The notes beneath the pieces are model-generated. The model was not told the DNA's origin. It worked only from the letters and a program-made list of their open reading frames with translations, and searched no databases. From a virus, in the IMG/VR virus record IMGVR_UViG_3300042888_000931, positions 1 to 64,000 of that record: a DNA stretch of 64,000 bases. One strand, written 5' to 3'. Below, one piece after another: positions 16,937-27,400 of this stretch. Numbering within the stretch: the stretch's first letter is position 1; the number at the start of each line of letters is the position of its first letter. The position numbers and the translations under genes were made by a program.

Positions 16937-17805
16937 CAGAGTCTCTTAATGCAGTTGAAATATATCCAAAGATTTTTGTATATAAGGGTCTCTTTAAAGA
17001 CATAAATCACACCTATAGTCTTTTAAAAGAATCAGAAGGACAGGAAGATGGACTTTTTAGTCCTTGGACGAGTTGGTCTCACTTTGGAGAATATATTAAT
17101 CCAATATTTAAAAACCATAATGATAATTTAAAAATAGAACATGTTCAAACTATAAAAACTTCAACAGAAAAACAAGAAGAACATAAGCAAGTTCTTTTAG
17201 AAATTCTTAATAATTTTATGATAGCAACAAAAGACTATATTGCAAAAAACAATGTTGACTTTGACGAAGATAGGCTTGTCCCAGGTATTAAAGATCAAAG
17301 AGGAAATGATGTTAAAGAATGGGTATATACTGGACCATCTATAGCAAGATACAAGGTAGACATTGAAGACCCACTGGCAATGACATATCATACAGACTAC
17401 ATAAGAGAGCCAATAGTAAGCCCAGGACACAAGTTTGCAATTACTGCTTTAACATACTTTAATGACGATTACCACGGTGGAGAAATTGATTTTATAGCAA
17501 ATGGAGAAGCGTATATGTATAAGCCAGAGGCTGGAGACCTTCTCGTTTTTCCATCAGGTCATCCAGAATTTCTAATGTCTGAAAAGTCTATATACCTTCA
17601 TGGAGTAATGCCTGCAGAGCATAACTCAAAGTATCTTTCAAGAATGTACTGGACAAAATACTCTACTGGTTCACCAGAGTGGCTTGAGAACGAAGAAAGA
17701 CTTGGCAAGGAAAAGTGGCAGGAAGAATGGAAAGACATTATGCAAAAGTTTAGAGATGAGAATCCTAATAGAAATAATGCTGATAAAGAAAGAAGGATAC
17801 AATGA
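16933..17805 (+). CDS. P4H-like 2OG-Fe(II) oxygenase 4
   Basis: HTD, YFNDDYHGGEI, HGV, SKY. Confidence 0.8.
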   Translation: MTESLNAVEIYPKIFVYKGLFKDINHTYSLLKESEGQEDGLFSPWTSWSHFGEYINPIFKNHNDNLKIEHVQTIKTSTEKQEEHKQVLLEILNNFMIATKDYIAKNNVDFDEDRLVPGIKDQRGNDVKEWVYTGPSIARYKVDIEDPLAMTYHTDYIREPIVSPGHKFAITALTYFNDDYHGGEIDFIANGEAYMYKPEAGDLLVFPSGHPEFLMSEKSIYLHGVMPAEHNSKYLSRMYWTKYSTGSPEWLENEERLGKEKWQEEWKDIMQKFRDENPNRNNADKERRIQ

Positions 17806-18548
17806 ATCTAGATAATAAAAAGAGAATAACTAAGGACATAGTTGTTTATGAAAACTTTATTGATGCAGAAACTGCTGCAAAACTTGTAAAGGTTTTAGAC
17901 AAGCATGTAGAAGTTGGCACAATAACCTGGATGCCTATATCTTTCTATGAGTCTTATTCCTCAGTATTGCCACAAGACAATGATGAGCATGTAGAAAACG
18001 AAGGATTGCCAAGCGACATATTTTCACAAATGAAGCAAGGAATTATTGAGGCAGTTGCAAGTGTTCACGATCTTGACCCAAAGATAATTTCTCAAATTGG
18101 ATACCATACGCAAAAGTGGGAGCCAGGAGCATATGCAAGAAAGCATTCCGATAACACTGATGAGCATGGAAAATCTGGTGCTTTTACAAGAAGCAGGTAT
18201 GCAGCATTCTTATATTTGAATGATGACTTTGAAGGTGGAATGTTGCAGTTCCCAGACCAAGACATAAGTCTTCAACCTAAAGTTGGAATGCTTGCTGCAT
18301 TTGACGGGGGATTTAACAATATGCACGAAGTAACCCTTATCACTAGTGGAGTTAGATACACCATTGGTTCATTCTGGGATGATCGTGAAGAGGATGCTTA
18401 CCCTCAAGAAGTAAGAGATGCTTGGGCTGAAGAGATGAAGGCCACTAGAGCACAACAGGAAATTGAAAGAGCAGAGTGGCAAGAGTTGCTGAAGCAAGGC
18501 TGGAAACTTGATGCTGATGGAAATAAATATAAGGCGGAGGACCTGTAA
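17802..18548 (+). CDS. P4H-like 2OG-Fe(II) oxygenase 5
   Basis: HSD, YLNDDFEGG, HEV, RYT. Confidence 0.85.
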   Translation: MNLDNKKRITKDIVVYENFIDAETAAKLVKVLDKHVEVGTITWMPISFYESYSSVLPQDNDEHVENEGLPSDIFSQMKQGIIEAVASVHDLDPKIISQIGYHTQKWEPGAYARKHSDNTDEHGKSGAFTRSRYAAFLYLNDDFEGGMLQFPDQDISLQPKVGMLAAFDGGFNNMHEVTLITSGVRYTIGSFWDDREEDAYPQEVRDAWAEEMKATRAQQEIERAEWQELLKQGWKLDADGNKYKAEDL

Positions 18549-19211
18549 GTGGAAGTTTTTTTAAAAAAAGAGTTTGATGATGCTGGATATAGTACTGAGG
18601 TTTTTCATGAACATGTTTTGTTTATAGAAGACTTTATCAGTGCTGAAGAACTTGATACTATTTTAAAAATAATTGAAACGACCCCAAACGAAGACTGGAT
18701 GATAGAGTATACTAAAAATCTTGCTAGATTCTGCATGGAAAAGTTTGGAAGAGATGATGTAGATAATCTTGTTGCAGAAGGAAAGTTTGAGATTACTCAA
18801 AATTGGGCAGACAAGAATTTAAACATTGTTACTGAGCCGATAAGCGTAACCCTTCAAGGAAGACTTGGAAGACTTCTGGCACTTGCAGACCCATCTCTAG
18901 AACTTGCTGGTTTTGGAACACTACAAAGGATGCAGGGTGGGGTTGAACTAAAGTCTCACACAGACCAGCATACAGATCCATCCATTAGATATGCTGCTAT
19001 ACTATACATTAACGATGACTACAAGGATGGAACTTTATTCTTTAAAAATAAAGAGAATTCAGACTTAAGGCCAAAGCCAGGAACATTGCTTATTTTCCCA
19101 GGTAACGAAGAATATGAGCATGGAGTAAGGCCTGTAGGAGAAGGACCCATAAGATATGTTACTGTAGGCTTTATGAAGGTAACAGGTTTTTATGAGAAAA
19201 ATAAATACTAA
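18549..19211 (+). CDS. P4H-like 2OG-Fe(II) oxygenase 6
   Basis: HTD, YINDDYKDG, HGV, RYV; GGAGG RBS before a GTG start. Confidence 0.85.
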   Translation: MEVFLKKEFDDAGYSTEVFHEHVLFIEDFISAEELDTILKIIETTPNEDWMIEYTKNLARFCMEKFGRDDVDNLVAEGKFEITQNWADKNLNIVTEPISVTLQGRLGRLLALADPSLELAGFGTLQRMQGGVELKSHTDQHTDPSIRYAAILYINDDYKDGTLFFKNKENSDLRPKPGTLLIFPGNEEYEHGVRPVGEGPIRYVTVGFMKVTGFYEKNKY

Positions 19212-19222
19212 GGAGATACAAA

Positions 19223-19852
19223 ATGGACAGAGAAATACTTGAGGAAAAGGTTTATTATTACACAAATGTAATTGAAGACCCAAAGAAACTTGTTGAGGCA
19301 ATTGAAAATGACAACAAGGATGAATGGGGAGAGTGGATGGCATGCAGCGGAGAGCACTATGTCTATGGAACAGACAAGAGCATATCTTTAACAGCAGAGT
19401 CAAACGAAAAAGATAAGTATATTTATAACACTCTACAAAAGGCATTTGATGATGTAGCAAGAGACTACGCTGCAGCACAAGGTATTACAGAAGAGCCAAA
19501 ACTGTTTCCAATGTATCCTATCAAGAAGTACCAGCCTGGAACGTTTATGGGTGCACACTTTGATCAGCAAGAAGGAGACGAAAGACTAAAGGTTTCTTTT
19601 GTTATGTACCTTAATGATGATTACGAAGGCGGAGAAATATCTTTCACTATTGCTTCTCCAGACGGAGTTTTACAGAATCCAAGCCCAGAAGCAGATTTTG
19701 CAGAAGCACAGCATAATGGAAATTATTCATTTGCAGTAAAGCCAAAGGCTGGAAGCATCATTGTGTTCCCACCATCACCACCATACCATCACACTGCACA
19801 CCTAGTTAAAAGCGGTGAAAAGATCATGGTCCCACAACACTGGATTCACTAG
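19223..19852 (+). CDS. P4H-like 2OG-Fe(II) oxygenase 7
   Basis: HFD, YLNDDYEGGEI, HTA, GEK. Confidence 0.85.
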   Translation: MDREILEEKVYYYTNVIEDPKKLVEAIENDNKDEWGEWMACSGEHYVYGTDKSISLTAESNEKDKYIYNTLQKAFDDVARDYAAAQGITEEPKLFPMYPIKKYQPGTFMGAHFDQQEGDERLKVSFVMYLNDDYEGGEISFTIASPDGVLQNPSPEADFAEAQHNGNYSFAVKPKAGSIIVFPPSPPYHHTAHLVKSGEKIMVPQHWIH

Positions 19853-19853
19853 T

Positions 19854-20447
19854 ATGACCCAGGGCTATCAAAATTTTAGCGAACAAGAACAGTTTGTTTT
19901 AAATTTACTTGATAACAAAAAAGAAGGATACTATGTAGAACTTGGTGCTGCCCATTCAAAAAATGGAAGCAATACTTACAGACTTGAAAATGAGTTTGAC
20001 TGGAAGGGTGTTTCTTTTGAAATTGTTCCAGAACTACACAAAGAAGTTTCTGAGAATAGGAAAAACCCTTGTATCCTTGGGGATGCTACAAAGTTTGACT
20101 ATATCAAATACTTTGAAGAAAACAACTTTCCAAACCAGATAGATTACTTGCAGGTAGATATTGATGCTGGATACCAAACAGATGGTAGACCTGCTGGTAA
20201 CCACTATACAACTCTACATGGTTTGATTGCTGTACCTCTAAATAAGTATAGATTTACAGTTATAACTTTTGAGCACGATTCAAACATGTACTGGAGAAAT
20301 ACGGCAATGCGTGATGCACAAAGAGAAATTCTTGACTCGTTGGGCTACTCTCTAGTTGTTAGACAAATCCATGAAGACTGGTGGGTAGACCCAACAGCAA
20401 TTGGACTAGAAAAATATAGAGAGTACTTTAAATGGGACACCCTATAA
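19854..20447 (+). CDS. FkbM-like SAM-dependent methyltransferase
   Basis: YYVELGA, NGSNT..LE, WKGVSFE, IDYLQVDID, ITFEH, EDWWV. Confidence 0.75.
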   Translation: MTQGYQNFSEQEQFVLNLLDNKKEGYYVELGAAHSKNGSNTYRLENEFDWKGVSFEIVPELHKEVSENRKNPCILGDATKFDYIKYFEENNFPNQIDYLQVDIDAGYQTDGRPAGNHYTTLHGLIAVPLNKYRFTVITFEHDSNMYWRNTAMRDAQREILDSLGYSLVVRQIHEDWWVDPTAIGLEKYREYFKWDTL

Positions 20448-21112
20448 ACAATAAGACAGCAATTGTTACAGGAGCCAGCAAAGGTGTTGGATACGCAACA
20501 GTAAAACTTTTATCTGAAAATGGATATAAAGTTATTGCTGTTTCAAGAGACCTCTCTAAAGTTTCAGAACTTGTTTCTGAGAATGTTGAAATGTATGAAT
20601 TAGACATTACAAATTCAGAAGAAATTAAACGCTTTCACGAACACTATAAAGACATAACTTTAGATCTTTTAGTAAACAATGCTGGTGGAGGCTCAGGGCC
20701 AACATATATAATTAATGAGACTATGGACAACTTTAGAAGAGCGTATGATATAAATGTTTCTGGTCCAATGTATCTTTCCCAACTTTTTGTTCCATCTATG
20801 AAAAAGTCAGAGTCTGCAACAATCATTTTCGTTAGTTCTATTGGTGGAAAATATCCATACAGATCTGGTGGAAATTACACAAACGCTAAAAGAGGAATGA
20901 TGGCACTTGTAGACACCATGAGACTAGAGTTCCCAGAGTACGGAATTAAGGTTACTGAAATTTGTCCAGGTACAATTGACACACAAATAGAAAAAAGAGA
21001 AATTGCCATTACTGCTGAAGACATGGCTGAGTCTATAAGATGGGTAGCAAGTTTGCCAAAGCATGTCAACATAAATCATATAGAGATAAATCATATACTT
21101 AGTGGTAAATAA
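20432..21112 (+). CDS. Short-chain dehydrogenase/reductase
   Basis: TGASKGVG, NNAG, catalytic YTNAK, ICPG. Confidence 0.9.
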   Translation: MGHPINNKTAIVTGASKGVGYATVKLLSENGYKVIAVSRDLSKVSELVSENVEMYELDITNSEEIKRFHEHYKDITLDLLVNNAGGGSGPTYIINETMDNFRRAYDINVSGPMYLSQLFVPSMKKSESATIIFVSSIGGKYPYRSGGNYTNAKRGMMALVDTMRLEFPEYGIKVTEICPGTIDTQIEKREIAITAEDMAESIRWVASLPKHVNINHIEINHILSGK

Positions 21113-21117
21113 TTACT

Positions 21118-21157
21118 AACTCTCAACCTCTTATTTAGGGGAGAGTTTTGCTTTTTT
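21118..21157 (+). terminator. Intrinsic terminator closing the oxygenase cassette
   Basis: AACTCTC...GAGAGTT stem followed by TTGCTTTTTT. Confidence 0.65.
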
Positions 21158-21211
21158 GAAAACTCTGCTATACTTAACACTTAATCCGTTTTTGAAAGGA
21201 CGATACATATT

Positions 21212-23245
21212 ATGTCAGATTTTTTTAGTTTTAAACTTCCAGAGGACTTCGTAGAAAAGTACAAGAGCCAAGAAAGCCCATTTGGGTTTAAGGATGCAGC
21301 AGAAAACTCACTTGGAGAAATTACTTTTATTCGTACATATTCTCGAATGAAGGAAGATGGAACTAAGGAGCGTTGGCATGAAGTTTGTCGTCGTGTAATC
21401 GAGGGTATGTATTCAGTTCAGAAGAATCATGCTAAAGAAAACCGTTTGCCATGGAATGACTACAAGGCTCAGAAGTCAGCACAAGAAGCATTCCAAAGAA
21501 TGTTTGAATTGAAGTGGACACCACCAGGACGAGGTATGTGGGCATTTGGAACTCCTATGACTATGGAGAAGAAGAACTCAGCAGCACTACAGAACTGTGC
21601 CATGGTCTCCACAAAGGACCTTGATAAGAATGATCCAGGAGCCCTATTTGCCTGGGTTATGGATGCATTGATGCTTGGCATTGGTGTAGGGTTTGACACA
21701 GTGGGACAGGATAAGAATTTTACAATCTATGCTCCAACAGAGCCAGAAGAGGTGTTCGAAATTCCAGACACTCGTGAAGGCTGGGTCGAGTCAGTCAGAC
21801 TTCTAATCAACTCATATTTGAGAGCAAACCAGAGCATTCAGAAGTTTAACTATGATTTGATCAGACCTCTTGGAGCCCCTATCAAGGGCTTTGGAGGCGT
21901 TGCATCAGGACCTGCACCTCTTATCAAGTTGCACGACCAGATAGACCGTGTAATCGGCTCCAGAGGCGGAGAAACACTAGACTCTCGTGCTATCGTAGAC
22001 TTGGTAAACCTTATTGGTACCTGCGTGGTATCAGGCAATGTTCGCAGATCAGCAACTCTTGCTTTAGGTAATGCAGGTGATGAGACATTCATGAATCTAA
22101 AGAATGCAGAACTATTCCCAGAGCGTAACTCGTTTGACCCAGACAATCCAGGTTGGGCCTGGATGTCAAACAATTCTATTTCAGCAGAAGTAGGAACAAA
22201 GTACGAAGACTATGTAGATTTAATTACGGAAAACGGAGAACCAGGTTTTATCTGGCTAGATGTTGCTCGTAATTATGGACGACTAAAGGATGCGCCAGAC
22301 GGTAAGGATTATCGTGTGATGGGATTTAACCCATGTGCGGAGCAGCCATTGGAATCATACGAACTATGTACACTTGTAGAAGTGCACTTGAATCGTCATG
22401 AATCTAAGGAAGACTTCCTGCGTACCCTTAAGTTTGCATACCTTTATGGAAAGACCGTAACACTTGTTCCAACACACTGGCCACAAACAAACGGTATCAT
22501 GCAGCGCAACCGTCGTATTGGTACGTCACTAACAGGTATAGCATCCTTTGCAGATCAAAAGGGTTTGCCAATTGTTCGTGAGTGGATGGATGAGGGATAC
22601 AACAAGATCCGTCACTATGACCACCAGTATTCAGAATGGCTTTGTGTTCGTGAATCAATTCGTGTAACAACAGTTAAGCCATCAGGATCAGTTTCAATTC
22701 TTTCTGGTGCAACTCCTGGAGTTCACTGGGGACCTGGAGGAAACTTCTTCCTTCGTGCAGTTCGATTTGGAAACACAGATCCAATGATGCACTTGTTCAA
22801 AGCAGCAGGGTACACAATTGAAGATGACGTAGTATCAGCAAACACCTCAGTAGTCTACTTCCCAATCAAGTCAGGTCATCCAAGATCTGAAAAGGATGTA
22901 ACATTGTTTGAGAAGATTGCACTTGCTGCAACTGCTCAGAAGTACTGGTCAGATAATGGTGTTTCTGTAACTCTATCCTTTGATAAGGAAACAGAGTCAA
23001 AGCATGTTGTTCCAGCACTTCACATGTACGAGGGACAACTAAAGGCAGTCTCATTCCTTCCAATGGGAAATACTGTTTATCCTCAGCAACCATATACTCA
23101 GATCACTGAAGAAGAATATGAGTCCTATATCGGCAAGTTGAAGCACATTGATTTCTCTGCTATCTATGATGGAGCAGAAAATCTTGAGGCTCAAGGCGAG
23201 ATGTACTGCACAACAGATTACTGTGAAATTAAAATAAACAAGTAG
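21212..23245 (+). CDS. nrdJ: Class II (adenosylcobalamin-dependent) ribonucleotide reductase, monomeric type
   Basis: PPGRGMW, ALQNC, GNVRRSA, NPCAEQ, TTVKPSG and C-terminal CTTDYC. Confidence 0.92.
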   Translation: MSDFFSFKLPEDFVEKYKSQESPFGFKDAAENSLGEITFIRTYSRMKEDGTKERWHEVCRRVIEGMYSVQKNHAKENRLPWNDYKAQKSAQEAFQRMFELKWTPPGRGMWAFGTPMTMEKKNSAALQNCAMVSTKDLDKNDPGALFAWVMDALMLGIGVGFDTVGQDKNFTIYAPTEPEEVFEIPDTREGWVESVRLLINSYLRANQSIQKFNYDLIRPLGAPIKGFGGVASGPAPLIKLHDQIDRVIGSRGGETLDSRAIVDLVNLIGTCVVSGNVRRSATLALGNAGDETFMNLKNAELFPERNSFDPDNPGWAWMSNNSISAEVGTKYEDYVDLITENGEPGFIWLDVARNYGRLKDAPDGKDYRVMGFNPCAEQPLESYELCTLVEVHLNRHESKEDFLRTLKFAYLYGKTVTLVPTHWPQTNGIMQRNRRIGTSLTGIASFADQKGLPIVREWMDEGYNKIRHYDHQYSEWLCVRESIRVTTVKPSGSVSILSGATPGVHWGPGGNFFLRAVRFGNTDPMMHLFKAAGYTIEDDVVSANTSVVYFPIKSGHPRSEKDVTLFEKIALAATAQKYWSDNGVSVTLSFDKETESKHVVPALHMYEGQLKAVSFLPMGNTVYPQQPYTQITEEEYESYIGKLKHIDFSAIYDGAENLEAQGEMYCTTDYCEIKINK

Positions 23246-23270
23246 TCTTCTGTGGTAAAATAGACCTATA

Positions 23271-26200
23271 ATGTCTACTCCCTCAAACCTATATGCCGAA
23301 AAAGTCTTTGCTGAGCATCCGACTGGTCTATGGGCATTGGATGACAAAGCAGATTATGTTTCTTTAATTTCAGAGGCTCAGAGAGATCTCTCTAACAGTC
23401 TAAAATGGACGGTAACGGGTGGAACTGTATCTGTATACTCCCAGTCAGTAGATGAGCCATTTATCAATAGTTATGTTCATAGAATAGTTGCCACTCCAAC
23501 ATCTGATGAGTCTGCATCCATTGTTGCAGTAAGCGATGAGATCATGAATCTAGAAGACCTAAATGCCTATTTAAAAACATTTTCTGTTGGAGGATATTTC
23601 TATTCTGAAAGTACTTACATTGCTGGTTTTGAAATTGGGTACAGATATGAAGATTCAACTAGCGGAAATGTGATCACACATCTAAAAAACTATGACACCA
23701 TTATAAATAATAATTGGGTTTTTATATCAGAAACATTTGACACACCACCAGAGGATTCACAAATACGATTAGTATTTAAGATTAACTTCATTGGAGGCTC
23801 AGGAGTAGAAGATGCGTTTTTGGTAAATGGTTTAAGTTTTGGGCAATGGTCAGAAGAGTTCTCTTCCACATCTCTTGGAGTAACACCAATAGACCTTCCT
23901 TCATCGATTGCACTTGCCCCACAAAAGGCTGTTGTTGCAAGATGCTATGGACTGCAAGAACTTGATGGATATTATTTAATTTCTGACAACATGCTTAAGG
24001 CAAAAAATTTAGGAATCCCAATTGTTTATGGAACATCTAGTTTGACAGCCTTGTATCCAAATGGAGCGAACCCATCAATTATAATTCCTGGCCTAGGATT
24101 TTTAAATGATTCTGGAAAGTTTAAACAGTATACTTTAGAAACTTGGCTTAGAGTTAACGCATACACAAATGATAGAAAGCGTATCATTGGTCCCATAGCA
24201 TCTAATGATGGAATCTATGTTGATGGTCCTTCAATTGGACTAAAGATAGGCAATGAGTATCAAACATATTATGTTGGAGAATGGACAAGACCAATGCTTG
24301 TTCACCTAAGACTTGGAAAAGATACTGCCTCTCTTGTTATTAATGGTCAAGAAGTTATATCGTTTAGTTATAATCCTGACCTGTTAGATTTTCCAGATCT
24401 GATTTTAAATGAAAAAGATCAAGACTGGATAGGTTTTTATGCACACGAAGATGTATTCCCAATCGATATCGACTGTGTAGCAATTTATCCATACGTTGTT
24501 CCGACTGCAGTTACAAAGAGAAAGTTTGTTTTTGGTCAGGGTGTCGAAATACCAGAAAACATTAATACATCGTATAGCGGAACCTCCGTGTTTATTGATT
24601 ATGCTTTTGCAAATTACTCTGCTAACTACCAATATCCTAAGATCGGTTCTTGGCAACAGGCTTTTAACGATAACACTTTAATTCAGAGTAAAGGCTTATC
24701 AGTATCAAAAAATCCACTTCCTCAAATCCTGCTGTCTTCAAAAACACAAGAAGAGTTGTTCTCAGATTGCAATACTGCACAATCTTCAGACACGGTAAAC
24801 TTTTTTTCGTTTAGACCAAACGATTCTTGGAATGCAGTGTCTGGACATATTCTATTTGAAAATTTTGATTTCTTAAAAAGTTCTGTATCCGCTTTCTACG
24901 GATGCTTTAGATTGCCACAATCATCTTCCCAAGTACAAACCTTGTTTAGAATTGAAAAAGAAAATAGCAGCAGTTATTTTTTAATACAGTTGTTAAATAA
25001 TCAAATATCATATGTAATTAATTATAATGGAACCTTGCAGACACTTTACTCACCACTAGTTGCTGAGCCAGGCGAGTTGGTTGATGTTGGAATAAACATT
25101 CCAGCCTTTGTTGAAAGATTTGGAGATCAGGCTTCAGACTTTTTTGGATCTTTATCTGACCTAAGATTGTACGTAGGCGGAAAGAAAGATAACACTTCAA
25201 CATTTACTGGAAAAATATACAAGGTTGGATTTTCTACAAAATACAATTTTCAAAAAATCAGGGGATTGTTTAATGAAGTAGGTGTGCCAATATGGAACGA
25301 AGACCTATTCGCTGTATATCAAAACAACCAGTTAATAAATATAGACGGTGGAGTAGACACAACATCAATGGGTCCTTCTGGAGGAATAACTTCAACCGTC
25401 GTAGGTGCTATCTCTGGTGGAGGGGTTTTTGTTAATGACGAAGACTCGCTTATGGACCATGTTGCTAGTTACACACTTGCCCCTAGCAAAGTATTTGATA
25501 ATTACAAGTTGTCAGTATCTGCAAATGCATACTGGGAAGATCAGATTCCATTAACTTATTTTGCTGAGTCTGTTATTGATAAAAGGGGAGACCAGTATTT
25601 TGACCTTGATTTTATTCAGTTTAATATTGACTATCCAGTACCATCAAAAACAATCGCAATAGAAACTGAGCCAGTTGACTGGACATATGCAGAACTTGCA
25701 AGCGAGTACGGATTGCCAGTTCAAAGAACTTATGAGTCACTGGATAATTACTTATTTACTGGCTATAACGATTATGAAGATCTTAAAAATAAAATAGCAA
25801 AAGACTATAGGTATGACACGGACGGGGCAATTGTAAAAAGTTATGTAACTTTTCAGTATACTAAATTAGGAGCAAATGCAACCCCATTCTATTTTACAAA
25901 AACAGAGAGACCTTCTAGAAACGGAATCCTAACACCAGGCTCAGACTGGATGACAACAAAGTATGAGGTTGTAGACAACATGATTATCTATCCACCTTCT
26001 GGAGTGGACTTTAACGATCTATCTATTGTGACACATATTGACATGAACGTTAAAGATTCAGATATTGGAAATGTTATTATTAAAAAACTTTCTTATGCAT
26101 CACAGGCATTGAATGAATCTGATGCCAGCCCAATTGGAACAAGGTTTGGAACTCCTATTTATCCTTATACAAAAACAGGAATATATTATGACTTCAAAAA

Positions 26201-26993
26201 ACAAAATCCGTTTTCAATATATAATGGCTCATCTTCCTATTTGTATTTGACTAAAACAAGTGGAATACAGGTGAGAGGAAAACATGATCCTCTAGTAAAC
26301 AGGGGTCTTTTAATTCCAATCAATAGCAGCAGAGCAAATGACTTTAAGGCAATTGCAATGCAGATGGCAATTAGATTTGATGGAGAGTACTTCCCTTACG
26401 CACCTACACAAATATTTGAAATAGAAAGCAAAGATTCATACATAAAGTTCTACATGGTTGCAAGTGACCCAAGTGGAAGAAGAGCAAAAATTTATGCAAT
26501 TGATGCAAAGACTGGCCTAGTCCAGAATGGTATAGGTTTTTATTGGAACGGAAAGATTGTTAAAGAGCCAGTGCTGAGTCTTCAGGAGTGGGGATTCTTG
26601 GGTATAAGTTTTGCAGATAGCCTAGTGTTCTCATCTTTCGAGGGGGCCATAAGATTAACAGGGCCACTACTATTTAATAGCATTTCATATTACCAGTCAA
26701 CAAACCTGCAGGAGGTTCAGAACGTTTCAGACAGACCCTGGTTTAGAGTAAAGGTATTGTCTGGGTCTGTCCTAGATTGGGAGTTTTGGGATTCTCCTTC
26801 ATTTAACTGGAATAAGGTTCTTGTTTTGGCAGAAACTAGTTATTATGGTGTCAATCCAGCAGAGGTTTATAAGAGTTATACAGGAACCAATAAGTTGATT
26901 GTAGGGGATGATATACCTGTATCGTTAAAGAATTACGGATATTCTGTATATACGGATGTTAACTGGGTCAAATACGTTGTCGATCCAGTTTAA
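23271..26993 (+). CDS. Large virion protein (LamG/concanavalin-like domains likely)
   Basis: 1240 aa; EHPTGLWALDD N-terminus and YTLETWLR...HL..G...SLVING pattern. Confidence 0.55.
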   Translation: MSTPSNLYAEKVFAEHPTGLWALDDKADYVSLISEAQRDLSNSLKWTVTGGTVSVYSQSVDEPFINSYVHRIVATPTSDESASIVAVSDEIMNLEDLNAYLKTFSVGGYFYSESTYIAGFEIGYRYEDSTSGNVITHLKNYDTIINNNWVFISETFDTPPEDSQIRLVFKINFIGGSGVEDAFLVNGLSFGQWSEEFSSTSLGVTPIDLPSSIALAPQKAVVARCYGLQELDGYYLISDNMLKAKNLGIPIVYGTSSLTALYPNGANPSIIIPGLGFLNDSGKFKQYTLETWLRVNAYTNDRKRIIGPIASNDGIYVDGPSIGLKIGNEYQTYYVGEWTRPMLVHLRLGKDTASLVINGQEVISFSYNPDLLDFPDLILNEKDQDWIGFYAHEDVFPIDIDCVAIYPYVVPTAVTKRKFVFGQGVEIPENINTSYSGTSVFIDYAFANYSANYQYPKIGSWQQAFNDNTLIQSKGLSVSKNPLPQILLSSKTQEELFSDCNTAQSSDTVNFFSFRPNDSWNAVSGHILFENFDFLKSSVSAFYGCFRLPQSSSQVQTLFRIEKENSSSYFLIQLLNNQISYVINYNGTLQTLYSPLVAEPGELVDVGINIPAFVERFGDQASDFFGSLSDLRLYVGGKKDNTSTFTGKIYKVGFSTKYNFQKIRGLFNEVGVPIWNEDLFAVYQNNQLINIDGGVDTTSMGPSGGITSTVVGAISGGGVFVNDEDSLMDHVASYTLAPSKVFDNYKLSVSANAYWEDQIPLTYFAESVIDKRGDQYFDLDFIQFNIDYPVPSKTIAIETEPVDWTYAELASEYGLPVQRTYESLDNYLFTGYNDYEDLKNKIAKDYRYDTDGAIVKSYVTFQYTKLGANATPFYFTKTERPSRNGILTPGSDWMTTKYEVVDNMIIYPPSGVDFNDLSIVTHIDMNVKDSDIGNVIIKKLSYASQALNESDASPIGTRFGTPIYPYTKTGIYYDFKKQNPFSIYNGSSSYLYLTKTSGIQVRGKHDPLVNRGLLIPINSSRANDFKAIAMQMAIRFDGEYFPYAPTQIFEIESKDSYIKFYMVASDPSGRRAKIYAIDAKTGLVQNGIGFYWNGKIVKEPVLSLQEWGFLGISFADSLVFSSFEGAIRLTGPLLFNSISYYQSTNLQEVQNVSDRPWFRVKVLSGSVLDWEFWDSPSFNWNKVLVLAETSYYGVNPAEVYKSYTGTNKLIVGDDIPVSLKNYGYSVYTDVNWVKYVVDPV

Positions 26994-27011
26994 TATGGTA
27001 TACTTATGGAT

Positions 27012-27398
27012 ATGGATTCCTTAATAAACCCAAAAACTGGTGAACCGATTGTAAAGAATGTAAGACGACAGGTCATTGAAAAGAACTATGACTGGGGCCT
27101 TTATGTGTACAAGAAGGCAAATGGCAAATGGTTTACAGATGGGAACGGCTCTGTGCTTAATATTCCTTCAGATAAAAACGATATTTCTAGAATGGCAGAA
27201 TTAAAAAAGACTGCAATGTATTATGGAGATCCAGGAGATGGCACATGCGTGTTTGTTCCAGGACTAACAAGAGTTTCTGAAGAAGAGTATTCTGAGCAAG
27301 TTGATAGGCTAAATGCTGGACTTATCCCTTCTCTAAATGACCTTGGAGCAGTACAAGCAGCCAAAGACACTATTGCTAAATATGGGGATGAGGAGTAA
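27012..27398 (+). CDS. Hypothetical protein upstream of portal
   Basis: ORF; TGGTATACT at 26996-27004 sits 7 nt before the ATG at 27012. Confidence 0.6.
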   Translation: MDSLINPKTGEPIVKNVRRQVIEKNYDWGLYVYKKANGKWFTDGNGSVLNIPSDKNDISRMAELKKTAMYYGDPGDGTCVFVPGLTRVSEEEYSEQVDRLNAGLIPSLNDLGAVQAAKDTIAKYGDEE

Positions 27399-27400
27399 TC

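Noticed and set aside
13376-19852. Oxygenases as DNA-base modifying (TET/JBP/AlkB) enzymes
   Set aside because: The motifs are of the P4H type (YxNDDYxGGE), and the neighbours are fibre genes rather than DNA methylases or nucleotide kinases. Not formally excluded.
21113-21211. Cobalamin riboswitch upstream of nrdJ
   Set aside because: The gap is under 100 nt and is explained by a terminator, a -10 box and an RBS; no B12-box is visible.
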